DNA from: Longimicrobiales bacterium
GTDB taxonomy: Bacteria; Gemmatimonadota; Gemmatimonadetes; Longimicrobiales; Gaopeijiaceae
Assembly: GCA_965203485.1 (NCBI GenBank)
Contig: OZ241892.1
Coordinates: forward strand, 1,184,001 to 1,248,000
Direction of reading: 5' to 3'
Length of the DNA stretch: 64,000 bases
Each line of letters begins with the position of its first letter. Within the stretch, counting starts at the first letter, position 1. A program made the translations under genes and the position numbers. The notes beneath the pieces were generated by a model. That model was not told where the DNA came from, made no database searches, and saw only the letters and a list, made by a program, of their open reading frames with translations. This document shows, piece after piece, positions 18,501-30,809 of the stretch.

Positions 18501-18685
18501 CGGGGCGGCGGACCTGCGGGTCGTGGGAGGGCGGCGGCGCGGAAGGTCGACATGGGCCGGCCTGAGGGCGGCGGCGACCACTCAAGCTAATCCCGGCGCG
18601 ACGGGCGCCGTAAATCTCGGCGCCGGGCTCGCCAGTCGGGCGTCGAGCGCGACGCGGCGCGACGGCGCCACGAAGCTGCTGGGCG

Positions 18686-19450
18686 TCAGCCTCGCTGTTG
18701 CTTTTCCACGAACGTCTTGACGCCTTCGCGGCCCGCATCGGAGGCGAAGGCCTCGAGGAACAGCTCCTTCTCCAGGGCGAGACCAGCGGACAAGGGGCGC
18801 TCGAAGGCTTCGCGCACGGCATGCTTGACGAGCCGGAGGGCGACAGGGCTCCACCGGGCGATGCGCCCCGCGACCTCGCGCGCCTTGTCGAGGTGCTTGC
18901 CTTCGCCCACCAGGAACTCGACCAGGCCGATGCGGTGGGCCTCGGCGGCGTCCACCAAGTCGCCGGAGAGACCGAGCCGGAGGGCTTGGCCCGGGCCGAC
19001 CAGGCGGGCGAGGCGCTGCGTGCCGCCCGCGCCCGGGACGAGGCCGAGGCGTATCTCGAACTGCCCGAACCGGGCTGTGGCGTCGGCGATCCGCAGGTCG
19101 CATGCCAGCGCGAGTTCGTTTCCGCCTCCGATGCAGAAGCCGTGGACGGCGCAAATCACCGGCTTCGGGAACTCGGCAAGAGCGTCGTAGACTCGGCGAA
19201 GCTTGTACAGCTCGCGCTGTTGTCCCGGCGTTCGGGACGCGAACTCGCTCACGTCCGCTCCAGCGGCGAAGGCGTCGCCGGCGCCGTGGAGGATCGCGAC
19301 CTTCGCTTCGTCGCGGGCGGCCAGCTCGTCGAAGGCGGCCGCCAGCGCCTGCCGCACGGGCTCGTTGAGCGCGTTGAGCTTGCCGGGGCGGCTGATCTGC
19401 ACCTCTGCGATCCCGTCTCCGACGGACACGCGAACCGCGTCGGCGCTCAA
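18686..19450 (-). CDS. Enoyl-CoA hydratase/isomerase
   Basis: RPGKLNALN, AFAAGADV, GFCIGGGNELALACD, PGAGGTQRL. TTG start overlaps the upstream TGA. Confidence 0.9.
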   Translation of the reverse strand: MSADAVRVSVGDGIAEVQISRPGKLNALNEPVRQALAAAFDELAARDEAKVAILHGAGDAFAAGADVSEFASRTPGQQRELYKLRRVYDALAEFPKPVICAVHGFCIGGGNELALACDLRIADATARFGQFEIRLGLVPGAGGTQRLARLVGPGQALRLGLSGDLVDAAEAHRIGLVEFLVGEGKHLDKAREVAGRIARWSPVALRLVKHAVREAFERPLSAGLALEKELFLEAFASDAGREGVKTFVEKQQRG

Positions 19451-20358
19451 GAGCCGGTCCAGTCGTAGAAGCCCTGGCCGGACTTCCTTCCCAGCTTGCC
19501 CTCTGCGACCATCTGCTCGAGAAGGGCAGGGGGACGGAACGCGTCCGAGCCCAGGGCCGCGTGCAACGTGCGGGCGATTTCCAGCCGCACGTCGAGCCCC
19601 ACCAGGTCCGTCACCCTGAGGGGGCCCATGGGGTGCCTGTAGCCGAGCACCATCGCCTTGTCGATGTCTTCGGGCGACGCAACGCGCGCTTCCACCATCC
19701 GGATTGCCTCCAGGCCCAGCGCCACGCCCAGGCGCGACGACGCGAAGCCCGGCGAGTCGTTCACGACGATCGGTTCCTTGCCCAAGTCCTCGACGAAGGC
19801 GAGACACCGCCTCAGCGTGTCCGGGTCCGTCTCGGGGCCCTTGACCACTTCAACGAGCGCCATCAGATGAACGGGGTTGAAGAAGTGCAAGCCGACGAAC
19901 CGGCTTGGCGACGGAAGGTCTTCGGCGATGGCCCCGATCGAGAGCGCCGACGTGTTGGTGGCCAGGACGGTCTCGCGAGACGCCGCCTCGGCCACCGAAC
20001 CGAACAACGCCTTCTTCAAGCTCATCGACTCGGGAACCGCTTCGACCACCAGGTCGGCGCCGTCCAGAGCGTCTTCCCGGCGGGGCGCGGCGCGGATGCG
20101 GGCGAGCGCGCCGTCGCGGACCGAGCCGTCCACCTTGCCCAAGCTCACGCCCTTGTCCAGCGTCGCCGCGATGCGCGCCATGCCTTCCCGCAGGCTCGCT
20201 TCGTCGGCGTCGTGGAGCGCTGTGGAGTATCCCGCGGTCGCCGTCGCCTGTGCGATCCCGTGGCCCATCGTCCCCGCGCCGATCACGGCCACGCGACCGA
20301 AGGGCCGGGCTGCCGCGACGCCGGCCGCCGCGCTTTCGTTGTTCCGGTCGAGCGCCAC
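19447..20358 (-). CDS. 3-hydroxyacyl-CoA dehydrogenase (PaaH/Hbd-like)
   Basis: VIGAGTMGHGIA, EAVPE, TNTSALSI, HFFNP, PMGPL. Start approximate. Confidence 0.92.
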   Translation of the reverse strand: MALDRNNESAAAGVAAARPFGRVAVIGAGTMGHGIAQATATAGYSTALHDADEASLREGMARIAATLDKGVSLGKVDGSVRDGALARIRAAPRREDALDGADLVVEAVPESMSLKKALFGSVAEAASRETVLATNTSALSIGAIAEDLPSPSRFVGLHFFNPVHLMALVEVVKGPETDPDTLRRCLAFVEDLGKEPIVVNDSPGFASSRLGVALGLEAIRMVEARVASPEDIDKAMVLGYRHPMGPLRVTDLVGLDVRLEIARTLHAALGSDAFRPPALLEQMVAEGKLGRKSGQGFYDWTGS

Positions 20359-20360
20359 CT

Positions 20361-21557
20361 TCAGGCTCGCTCTACGACGGTCGCGACGCCCTGTCCCACG
20401 CCGACGCACATCGTCGCCAGCCCCAGCGAGGCGTCGCGCCGCCTCATTTCGTGGGCCAGCGTGACGAGAATGCGGGCGCCGGAGCAGCCGATGGGGTGGC
20501 CGAGGGCGATCGCGCCGCCGTGCACGTTGACCGTTTTCGGGTCCAGGCCGAGTTCGCGGACGCACGGAATCGCCTGCGCCGCGAACGCCTCGTTGACTTC
20601 GGCGAGGTCGAGGTCGCCGGCGTCCGCGCCCGCCCGGTCGAGGCACCGGCGCGACGCGGGCACCGGTCCGATCCCCATGAGGCCCGGCTCCACGCCGGCG
20701 ACGGCCGTGGCGCGGATCTTCGCCAGGGGCGCCAAACCGAGTTCGGTCGCCCGGGACGCCTCGACCACCAGCAACGCGGCGGCTCCGTCGTTGACGCCCG
20801 AGGAGTTGCCAGCGGTCACCGTCCCGTCCTTCGCGAACACGGGCCGAAGCGCGGCCAAGGCGTCCGGCGTCGTGTGCGGACGCGGATGCTCGTCCCGGTC
20901 CACCACCTGGGCTCCGTTCCGGCGGCGGGGCGCGCGCACCGGGACCGTCTCCGCATCGAACCGTCCTGCGGCGACCGCGGCGGCGGCCTTGCGCTGGCTC
21001 TCCAGGGCGAAGGCGTCCTGCTCCTCGCGCCCGACGCCGAACTTTCGCGCCACCGTCTCCGCGGTCGCTCCCAGGCTCGCCGTCCACGCGCCGGGAAAGC
21101 GCGGGTTGGGGAACCGCCACCCGAGCACTGTGTCCGCGACTTCGGGGACGCCGCGCGCATACCCGCGCTCCGGCTTGAGCATCACCAGCGGCGCGCGGCT
21201 CATCGATTCGACGCCGCCAGCGACGAACACGTCGCCCTCGCCGGCCCGGATCGCGTGAAACGCCGCGGCCACGGCCTGCATCCCCGAGCCGCAGAGACGG
21301 TTCACCGTCTGCCCGGGGACCTCCACCGGCAACCCGGCGCGGAGCAGCGCCATGCGGGCCACGTTGCGGTTGTCCTCGCCCGCTTGGTTGGCGCATCCGA
21401 AGACGACGTCGTCGACCGTCTCCGCCGGAAAGCGGTTGCGGGCCAGCAGCGCCTCGATCACCACCGCCGCCAGGTCGTCCGGCCGCACCGGAGCAAGCGC
21501 TCCGCCGTGTCGTCCGATGGGCGTGCGGACGGCGTCCACGATCCACGCCTCGCGCAT
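20361..21557 (-). CDS. 3-oxoadipyl-CoA thiolase-like acetyl-CoA acyltransferase (PcaF/PaaJ-like)
   Basis: GCANQAGEDNRNVARM (typical of PcaF/PaaJ), NRLCGSG, NEAFA, GHPIG, CVGVGQG. Confidence 0.9.
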   Translation of the reverse strand: MREAWIVDAVRTPIGRHGGALAPVRPDDLAAVVIEALLARNRFPAETVDDVVFGCANQAGEDNRNVARMALLRAGLPVEVPGQTVNRLCGSGMQAVAAAFHAIRAGEGDVFVAGGVESMSRAPLVMLKPERGYARGVPEVADTVLGWRFPNPRFPGAWTASLGATAETVARKFGVGREEQDAFALESQRKAAAAVAAGRFDAETVPVRAPRRRNGAQVVDRDEHPRPHTTPDALAALRPVFAKDGTVTAGNSSGVNDGAAALLVVEASRATELGLAPLAKIRATAVAGVEPGLMGIGPVPASRRCLDRAGADAGDLDLAEVNEAFAAQAIPCVRELGLDPKTVNVHGGAIALGHPIGCSGARILVTLAHEMRRRDASLGLATMCVGVGQGVATVVERA

Positions 21558-21603
21558 GGAGCCGGCGCTCAAGACGGCGCCGTCGGCGAGCCTGCCCAGC
21601 CGG

Positions 21604-23109
21604 CTATCCGTCCAGCGCCACCCATACGCTCTTGACCCGCGTGTACTTCTCCAGCGCCGTCTGGAAGCCCAGGTCGCGTCCGAAGCCGCTGTCCTTGCAG
21701 CCGCCGAACGGCGACGCGGGCGCGTACTGGTTGTACGTGTTGATCCACACCGTGCCGGCGTCGATGGCGGCCGCCATGCGGTGTGCCTTGCCCACGTCGC
21801 GCGTCCAGACGCCGGCCGCCAGTCCGTAGCACGAGTCGTTGGCCTTGGCCACCGCGTCGTCGGCGTCTCGGAACGGGATCACGGCCGCCACCGGGCCGAA
21901 GATCTCCTCGCGGGCAATGGCCATCTCGGGCTCGACCCCGGAGAAGACGGTGGCGTTCACGAAGTTGCCGCGTCCGTTGACGGCGACGCGGTCTCCCCCA
22001 GCCTCCAGGCGCGCCCCGTCCGCCGTGCCCGACTCGATGTAGCCCATCACGCGCTTGAGCTGTTCCTTGCTGACGACGGCCCCCAAGCGCGTCTTCGGGT
22101 CCATCGGGTCGCCGGCCGGCATCCGCTGGGCGCGAGCCGCCAGCCCGGCCACGAAGTCGTCGTGCACCGCGTCCTCAACGAGAATGCGGCTCCCTGCGGC
22201 GCACACTTCGCCCTTCCCGTAGAAGATGCCGGTGGACGCGCCCCTCACCGCCTGGTCCAAGTCGGCGTCGGCGAACACCACGTTGGGCGACTTGCCGCCG
22301 AGCTCCAGCGACACCGGCGTGAGCGTGGCCGCCGCCTCGCGCATCACGATCCGCCCCACTTCGGTCGAGCCCGTGAACGAGATCGCGTCCACGCCCGGAT
22401 GGCGGACCAGCGCGGCCCCGGCCGTCTCGCCGAAGCCGGGCAACACGTTCAGGACGCCCGCGGGAAACCCGGCCTCGGCGGCCAGCTCGCCGAAGCGTAG
22501 CGCGGTCAGGGGCGTCTGCTCGGCCGGCTTGAGCACGACGGCGGCGCCGCAGGCCAGCGCCGGAGCGACCTTCCAGGCCGCCATCGACAGCGGAAAGTTC
22601 CACGGGATGATCGCGCCGACGACGCCCACGGGCTCCCGCATCGCGTAGTTGAGGAACGGTCCGGGCACCGGCGCCACGTCGCCCTGGATCTTGTCGGCCA
22701 GCCCCGCGTAGTATCGCAGCGTCCGCGTCACCGACGGCAAGTCCACGCGGCGGGCCTCGAACCATGGCTTGCCGTTGTCCTGCGTCTCGAGCCGGGCCAG
22801 CTCGTCCGCGTGACGGTCCACCAGGTCGGCCAGGGTCCACAGCAGGCGCGAGCGCTTCCCGGGGTCCATGCGCCTCCAGCCCTCCGACGCGAAGGCGGTC
22901 CGGGCCGCGTCCACCGCGCGGTCCACGTCCGCGGAGCGCGCCTCGGCCACCTCGGCCAGCGTCTCGTCCGTCGCGGGATTGATCGACTCGAACGTGCCGC
23001 CCGCCTCCGCGTCGCACCACTCGTTGCCGATCCAGAGCTGGCCGCGGGGCGCCTGCGTTGCGCGGTGCGCGGGGCCGTCCTTGGTTCCGGCGCCCGCCCG
23101 GCCCGTCAT
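21604..23109 (-). CDS. Aldehyde dehydrogenase
   Basis: PWNFP, FTGSTEVG, LELGGKSP, catalytic Cys in GEVCAAGSR, EEIFGPV. Confidence 0.93.
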   Translation of the reverse strand: MTGRAGAGTKDGPAHRATQAPRGQLWIGNEWCDAEAGGTFESINPATDETLAEVAEARSADVDRAVDAARTAFASEGWRRMDPGKRSRLLWTLADLVDRHADELARLETQDNGKPWFEARRVDLPSVTRTLRYYAGLADKIQGDVAPVPGPFLNYAMREPVGVVGAIIPWNFPLSMAAWKVAPALACGAAVVLKPAEQTPLTALRFGELAAEAGFPAGVLNVLPGFGETAGAALVRHPGVDAISFTGSTEVGRIVMREAAATLTPVSLELGGKSPNVVFADADLDQAVRGASTGIFYGKGEVCAAGSRILVEDAVHDDFVAGLAARAQRMPAGDPMDPKTRLGAVVSKEQLKRVMGYIESGTADGARLEAGGDRVAVNGRGNFVNATVFSGVEPEMAIAREEIFGPVAAVIPFRDADDAVAKANDSCYGLAAGVWTRDVGKAHRMAAAIDAGTVWINTYNQYAPASPFGGCKDSGFGRDLGFQTALEKYTRVKSVWVALDG

Positions 23110-23153
23110 CGTTCGGCTCGCCGAAGCTTCCTGGACGCTTCCGGCGCGCAGCG

Positions 23154-23954
23154 TCAGGCGCCCTGGAACTGGGGCTTGCGCTTCTCCACGTAGGCGTTCA
23201 GCCCCTCGCGCGCATCCCCGCTGGCGAACAGCTGCTGCTGCAGCTCGCGTTCCAGGCCCAGGGCCGACTCGAACGGCACCTCGGCTCCCGTCTGCACCGA
23301 ACGCTTGATGGCGCCCACCGCCTTCGCCGCCTTGGCCGGTGGGCAGAATCCGCGTGCGTACTCCGTCACGCGGTCCATGAAGGCGGCGTGCGTCTCGGCC
23401 TCCCAGAGCTCGTTGACGAGGCCCAGCTCGGCGGCCCGGTCGAACCCGAACGTGCGGCCCGTGGCCATGAGCTCGATCGCCCTGGACTTGCCCACCAGCC
23501 TGGCCAGCCGCTGCGTGCCTCCCGTTCCCGGCAAGACGCCCAGGTGGACCTCCGGCAACCCCGTCTTGCCCGCTCCCGCCCTCGCCACGCGAACGTCGGC
23601 GGCCATCGCGATCTCCAGTCCGCCGCCGACCGCGTGGCCGTTGAGCGCCGCGATCACCAGCTTCGGCGTGTGCTCCAGACGGTTCAGCGTCTCGTTGGCG
23701 TGCAGGCAGAAGTTGTACTTGAACTCGGCGGTCACGTCGGCGAGCATGCCGATGTCGGCGCCGGCGCAGAAGAACTTCTCGCCCTTGCCGGTGATCACGA
23801 TCACGTGGACGGCGTCGTCGAAGCGCGCCTTGAGGACGGCGTCGTCCAGCTGTCGCATCATCTCGTGCGTGTAGGTGTTCGCGGGCGGATCGTCGAGGGA
23901 GAGGACCGCGACGCCTGCGCTGGAGTCGTAGTGGACGAGAGCCTTGTCGGACAT
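23154..23954 (-). CDS. Enoyl-CoA hydratase/isomerase family protein
   Basis: DDPPANTY, FFCAGADI, GGGLEIAMAAD, GLPEVHLGVLPGTGGTQRL. Confidence 0.9.
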   Translation of the reverse strand: MSDKALVHYDSSAGVAVLSLDDPPANTYTHEMMRQLDDAVLKARFDDAVHVIVITGKGEKFFCAGADIGMLADVTAEFKYNFCLHANETLNRLEHTPKLVIAALNGHAVGGGLEIAMAADVRVARAGAGKTGLPEVHLGVLPGTGGTQRLARLVGKSRAIELMATGRTFGFDRAAELGLVNELWEAETHAAFMDRVTEYARGFCPPAKAAKAVGAIKRSVQTGAEVPFESALGLERELQQQLFASGDAREGLNAYVEKRKPQFQGA

Positions 23955-24400
23955 TGCCATGCCTTGGGGAAGGGGCATTGAGGTGGAAGCGGCGGCCGCG
24001 CGGGCGCGACACGCGAGGACCAGCGGATGTGAAGGCGCCGCGCCGGTCGTTTGCCCGCCACCGGCACGTCGCGAGGATGGCCGGCCGGCAGGCGCCGCGC
24101 GCGCCGACTGCACGACAGTCGGGTGCGGTCTCGCGGGCGGGCGCCCTGCACGGGCCGGAGTCGGCAAAGATAACATGCGCGGGTGCGGAGCAAGGCTAGA
24201 TTTGGAGCCTTGGGCCGTCTCTTGCCGCACGCGCGCCCCCTCGCGGGTACTGCACGGAGGGGTGGACGCGAGCGCGTGGCCGCCGGTTCGCATGGCGGCT
24301 GGGCGCCGGTCGCTCGCCGAAGGGCTTCGGGCCGCGGCGCGTATTGGGAAGAGGACGGAGTGGCGCATGCGCAGGTGGACCGCATGAAGGAGTGGTGGCC

Positions 24401-25762
24401 ATGGACGAGACGAAGCGCTGGAACGCGGGCTTGGAGGCGGTTGCGGTCGCGGGAGCGGCGCTCTTTGGGGCGTGGCTCGGCGTGCTCGCCCCCGCCGCGG
24501 CGCAGCAATCCGTGGTGAGGGTGCCCGTCGCCGGCACCGTCGAGATGGGATTGGCGCCCTTCATCGAGCGGACGCTGGCCGAGGCCGAAGCGGCCGGCGC
24601 GCGCGCGGTCGTGCTGGACATCGAGACGTTCGGGGGGCGCGTGGACGCCGCCGAGCGGATCGTGAGCGCGGTCAGCCGCGCCGAGGTGCCCGTGTATTCC
24701 TACGTCAACATGTACGCGTATTCGGCCGGAGCCATGATCGCGCTGTCGGCCGAGCGGGTGCTCATGCGGCGGGGCGCGGCCATGGGCGCCGTGACCCCGG
24801 TGGACGGGCAGGGGAACAAGGCGTCCGAGAAGATGGTGTCGGTGATGCGGGGGCGGATGCGCGCGCTGGCGGAAGCCCGCGGGCTGGACCCGGCGGTGGC
24901 CGAGGCGATGGTGGACGAGGAGATCGAGGTCGAGGGCATCGTCGAGCGCGGCAAGCTGCTGACGCTGACCGCCGAGGAGGCCCAGGCGCTGGGCTACGCC
25001 GAGGTCGTGGACGACTGGACGGGGCTGGCCGCCGCGCTGGGGCTGGAGACGTCCGCCGTCGTGCGGGCCGAGGTCAACTGGGCCGAGCGGCTCGTTCGCT
25101 TCTTCACGAATCCCGTGATCGCGCCGTTCCTGCTCTCGATCGGCTTTCTCGGCCTGATCGTCGAGGTCAAGACGGCCGGCTTCGGGCTGGCGGGGGCGGC
25201 GGGACTCCTTGCGCTGGGACTGTTCTTCGGCGCGCACCTGCTGATCGGTCTCGCGGGCATCGAGAGCCTCATCCTGCTCGGCGCGGGCGTCGTGCTGCTC
25301 GCCGTCGAAGTCCTGGTCATTCCGGGGATGGGACTGTTCGGCGTCGCCGGAGGGCTGGCGCTCGCGGGGGGCATCTTCATGGCGATGCTGGGCGACCTTC
25401 CCGAGGGCGCCGACTTCGCCCGGGCCGCGAGCGTGCTTTCGGCGGCGGTCCTGCTCGTCCTGGTGAGCGCGTGGGTTCTGCTGCGCACCTTGCCCGGCAA
25501 TTGGCGCTTGCAGCGGAGCGGCGTTCTATTGCCCGAGTCCACGGACCGGCGCGAGGGCTACACCTCCGCCAGCGTGCGGCCCGAGCTCGTCGGCGCCGAG
25601 GGCGTGGCGATCACCGCGCTTCGGCCCGCGGGCATGGGCCTCTTCGGCGACGAGCGGATCGACGTCGTCTCCGAGAGCGAGTGGATCGAGGAGGGCACCC
25701 CGATACGCGTGATGAGCGCCGAGGGCTACCGGCACATCGTGCGCGCCGTGACGCCCGGCTAG
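24401..25762 (+). CDS. nfeD: Long-form NfeD membrane-bound serine protease (ClpP class)
   Basis: AAGGAG SD upstream. ETFGG.VD, AYSAGAMIAL, GKLLTLT, a TM region, and C-terminal OB fold (LRPAG...DVVSE..WIE.G). Confidence 0.9.
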   Translation: MDETKRWNAGLEAVAVAGAALFGAWLGVLAPAAAQQSVVRVPVAGTVEMGLAPFIERTLAEAEAAGARAVVLDIETFGGRVDAAERIVSAVSRAEVPVYSYVNMYAYSAGAMIALSAERVLMRRGAAMGAVTPVDGQGNKASEKMVSVMRGRMRALAEARGLDPAVAEAMVDEEIEVEGIVERGKLLTLTAEEAQALGYAEVVDDWTGLAAALGLETSAVVRAEVNWAERLVRFFTNPVIAPFLLSIGFLGLIVEVKTAGFGLAGAAGLLALGLFFGAHLLIGLAGIESLILLGAGVVLLAVEVLVIPGMGLFGVAGGLALAGGIFMAMLGDLPEGADFARAASVLSAAVLLVLVSAWVLLRTLPGNWRLQRSGVLLPESTDRREGYTSASVRPELVGAEGVAITALRPAGMGLFGDERIDVVSESEWIEEGTPIRVMSAEGYRHIVRAVTPG

Positions 25763-25807
25763 CGCGCCGGTCAACACTTCACCCCAAAGGACAAAGGACT
25801 CGCCCGC

Positions 25808-26803
25808 ATGGATGAGCTCACTTTCAACACCACCGTCTTCGTGGTGTTGGCCGTCGTCGTCGTGTCCCTTCTCGTGCTCACGTGGGTCGTCCCGGTTCGC
25901 CTGTGGATCGAGGCCACGTTCTCGGGAGTGCGCCTCGGCTTGGGAAGCTTGGTGGGAATGCGGTTGCGCAAGGTGAGTCCGCCCGCAGTCGTGCGACCGC
26001 TGATCGCTTCGACTAAGGCCGGCCTGCCGCTGGACGTGTCGCACTTGGAGGCGCACTACTTGGCCGGCGGCGACGTGGACCGGGTGGTGAGGGCCTTGAT
26101 CAGCGCGGACAAGGCGACGATCGAGTTGCCGTTCCAGCAGGCGGCGGCCATCGACTTGGCGGGCAGGGACGTGTTCGAGGCGGTTCAGGTGTCCGTGAAT
26201 CCGAAGGTCGTGCAGACGCCCCGCGTGGCGGCGATGGCCCGCGACGGCATTCAGCTGATCGCCGTGGCGCGCGTGACCGTCCGAGCGAACATCAACCGGC
26301 TCGTGGGCGGCGCCGGCGAGGAAACGATCCTGGCTCGGGTCGGCGAAGGCATCGTGTCGACGATCGGTTCCGCCGATTCCCACAAGGCCGTGCTGGAGAA
26401 CCCGGACGCGATCTCCAAGACGGTTCTGCAGAAGGGACTGGACTCGGGCACGGCGTTCGAGATCCTGTCGATCGACATCGCCGACGTGGACGTGGGCAAG
26501 AACATCGGCGCGGAGCTGCAAACGGACCAAGCCGAGGCCGACAAGCGCGTGGCCCAGGCGCGGGCCGAGGAGCGCCGCGCGATGGCGATGGCCAAGGAGC
26601 AGGAGATGAAGGCCAAGGTCGAAGAAATGCGGGCCGAGGTGATCGCCGCCGAGGCCAAGATTCCGCTCGCGATGGCCGACGCCTTCCGCAGCGGGAACCT
26701 CGGCATCATGGATTACGCCAAGTACCGCAACATCGAGTCCGACACGCACATGCGGCGCGCCATCGCCACCGGCGACGAAGAGTCGTCCGAATCGGCCTCG
26801 TAG
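25808..26803 (+). CDS. floA: Flotillin-like protein FloA (YqfA)
   Basis: [69 protein letters not shown]. Confidence 0.95.
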   Translation: MDELTFNTTVFVVLAVVVVSLLVLTWVVPVRLWIEATFSGVRLGLGSLVGMRLRKVSPPAVVRPLIASTKAGLPLDVSHLEAHYLAGGDVDRVVRALISADKATIELPFQQAAAIDLAGRDVFEAVQVSVNPKVVQTPRVAAMARDGIQLIAVARVTVRANINRLVGGAGEETILARVGEGIVSTIGSADSHKAVLENPDAISKTVLQKGLDSGTAFEILSIDIADVDVGKNIGAELQTDQAEADKRVAQARAEERRAMAMAKEQEMKAKVEEMRAEVIAAEAKIPLAMADAFRSGNLGIMDYAKYRNIESDTHMRRAIATGDEESSESAS

Positions 26804-26831
26804 GGGGAGCGGACGAAACCCGAGACGCGCC

Positions 26832-27785
26832 ATGGACACGCGCCTCATCGTCGTGCTGGCGGTCATCGCCCTCCTGCAGTCCCTCTTCGCCAAGAAGAAG
26901 GGGAGGGCGGGAGCCGAAGCCCCGGAGGACGCGGCGGAACCGCCGGGCGAGGGATTGCCGCCGGGCATGGGCGAACGGCCGGAGGGAGCCGGGGCGGGCG
27001 GCCGCGGAGCGACGGACGGGCGATGGCCGGATATTGCGCGAGAGGAGCCGGGCGCTCGCTCGCCGTCGGCGCGTCCGGCCGCGGCTGGGACCGCGACCGT
27101 TGCTCGCGGCGGCGAGTCCGTGGCCAGGCCGCGCCGGCCGGGGGTCCGCCCGCGCCCCAGCCCCGTGGCCGGCGGGCACGGCGGCGAGTCCGTTGCGACG
27201 GGGCCGCGCAGCAGAACGACGCAGCCTGGTCCGGTGCGCGCCGAGGCTGCTCCGGCGGGTTCGCGCGGACGCGGACGCGGCATTTTGGCGGAGCTGTTCG
27301 CCGAACTCGAGGCCCAAGCCAAGAAGGAGTTGCCGTTTCCAGGGTCCGGCCGCGACGCGACGCCGGGCCGGGGCGGGCGCGCCGACGGCCCGGAAGCGGA
27401 TTCTTCGGGCATTGCGGAGCCCGGACTTCCCAGCTTCGGCGTCCCGGAGCGCGCCGAAGCGGAACGGCGCGAGGCGGCGGACGCCGGGCGTCGCGAGTTG
27501 CGCGTTCCACCGGTTCCCCCGCGCGGCGACCCGTGGGCGCTCGGGTCGACGGGTTCGGCGCCGCCGGCGCGACCGGCGCGTGCCACGTCCCGGCAATCGC
27601 CCGAGGCCCGCGGCGCCGCGGCGCCGGCCGGGGCTCCGCCCGTTGGGTCCGGGGCGGCGAGCCCCGACCACGACCTCTACGGCCTGCGCAACCGGGACAG
27701 CCTGAAGCGCGCCGTCGTCGCCCGCGAGGTGCTCGGTCCGCCGTTGGCGCTGCGACGGGGAGACGAAGGCGCGTCCTGGCGGTAG
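26832..27785 (+). CDS. Hypothetical membrane-anchored disordered protein (YqfB-like third gene of the nfeD-floA operon)
   Basis: N-terminal TM helix, low-complexity middle, C-terminal LKRAVVAREVLGPPLALR motif, and position after floA. Confidence 0.65.
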   Translation: MDTRLIVVLAVIALLQSLFAKKKGRAGAEAPEDAAEPPGEGLPPGMGERPEGAGAGGRGATDGRWPDIAREEPGARSPSARPAAAGTATVARGGESVARPRRPGVRPRPSPVAGGHGGESVATGPRSRTTQPGPVRAEAAPAGSRGRGRGILAELFAELEAQAKKELPFPGSGRDATPGRGGRADGPEADSSGIAEPGLPSFGVPERAEAERREAADAGRRELRVPPVPPRGDPWALGSTGSAPPARPARATSRQSPEARGAAAPAGAPPVGSGAASPDHDLYGLRNRDSLKRAVVAREVLGPPLALRRGDEGASWR

Positions 27786-27863
27786 CCCGCGCCCCAGCGG
27801 TCGCGGTCGGTCGCCGCTTGCTTCCGCTCGCTTGGCCGCCGCGCGCGCTCCTGCCGCCAGGCT

Positions 27864-30617
<2,754 letters not shown>

Positions 30618-30809
30618 GGGGTTCGCGTCTCCTGGCGGGAGGTGCTTGAAGGCCGGCGCGTCGATTCGAGCGCGCGTAGCTCTCGTTACCATGGCGACGC
30701 CCCGGCGAGAGTTCAAGGCGGCCATCGGAGGGTCGGCCGCACAAGCGGAGGAGGCGACGCCGACACTACATTGAGGCCGGACGATCTCCCGCCGGGGAAG
30801 GGTGCGCCT

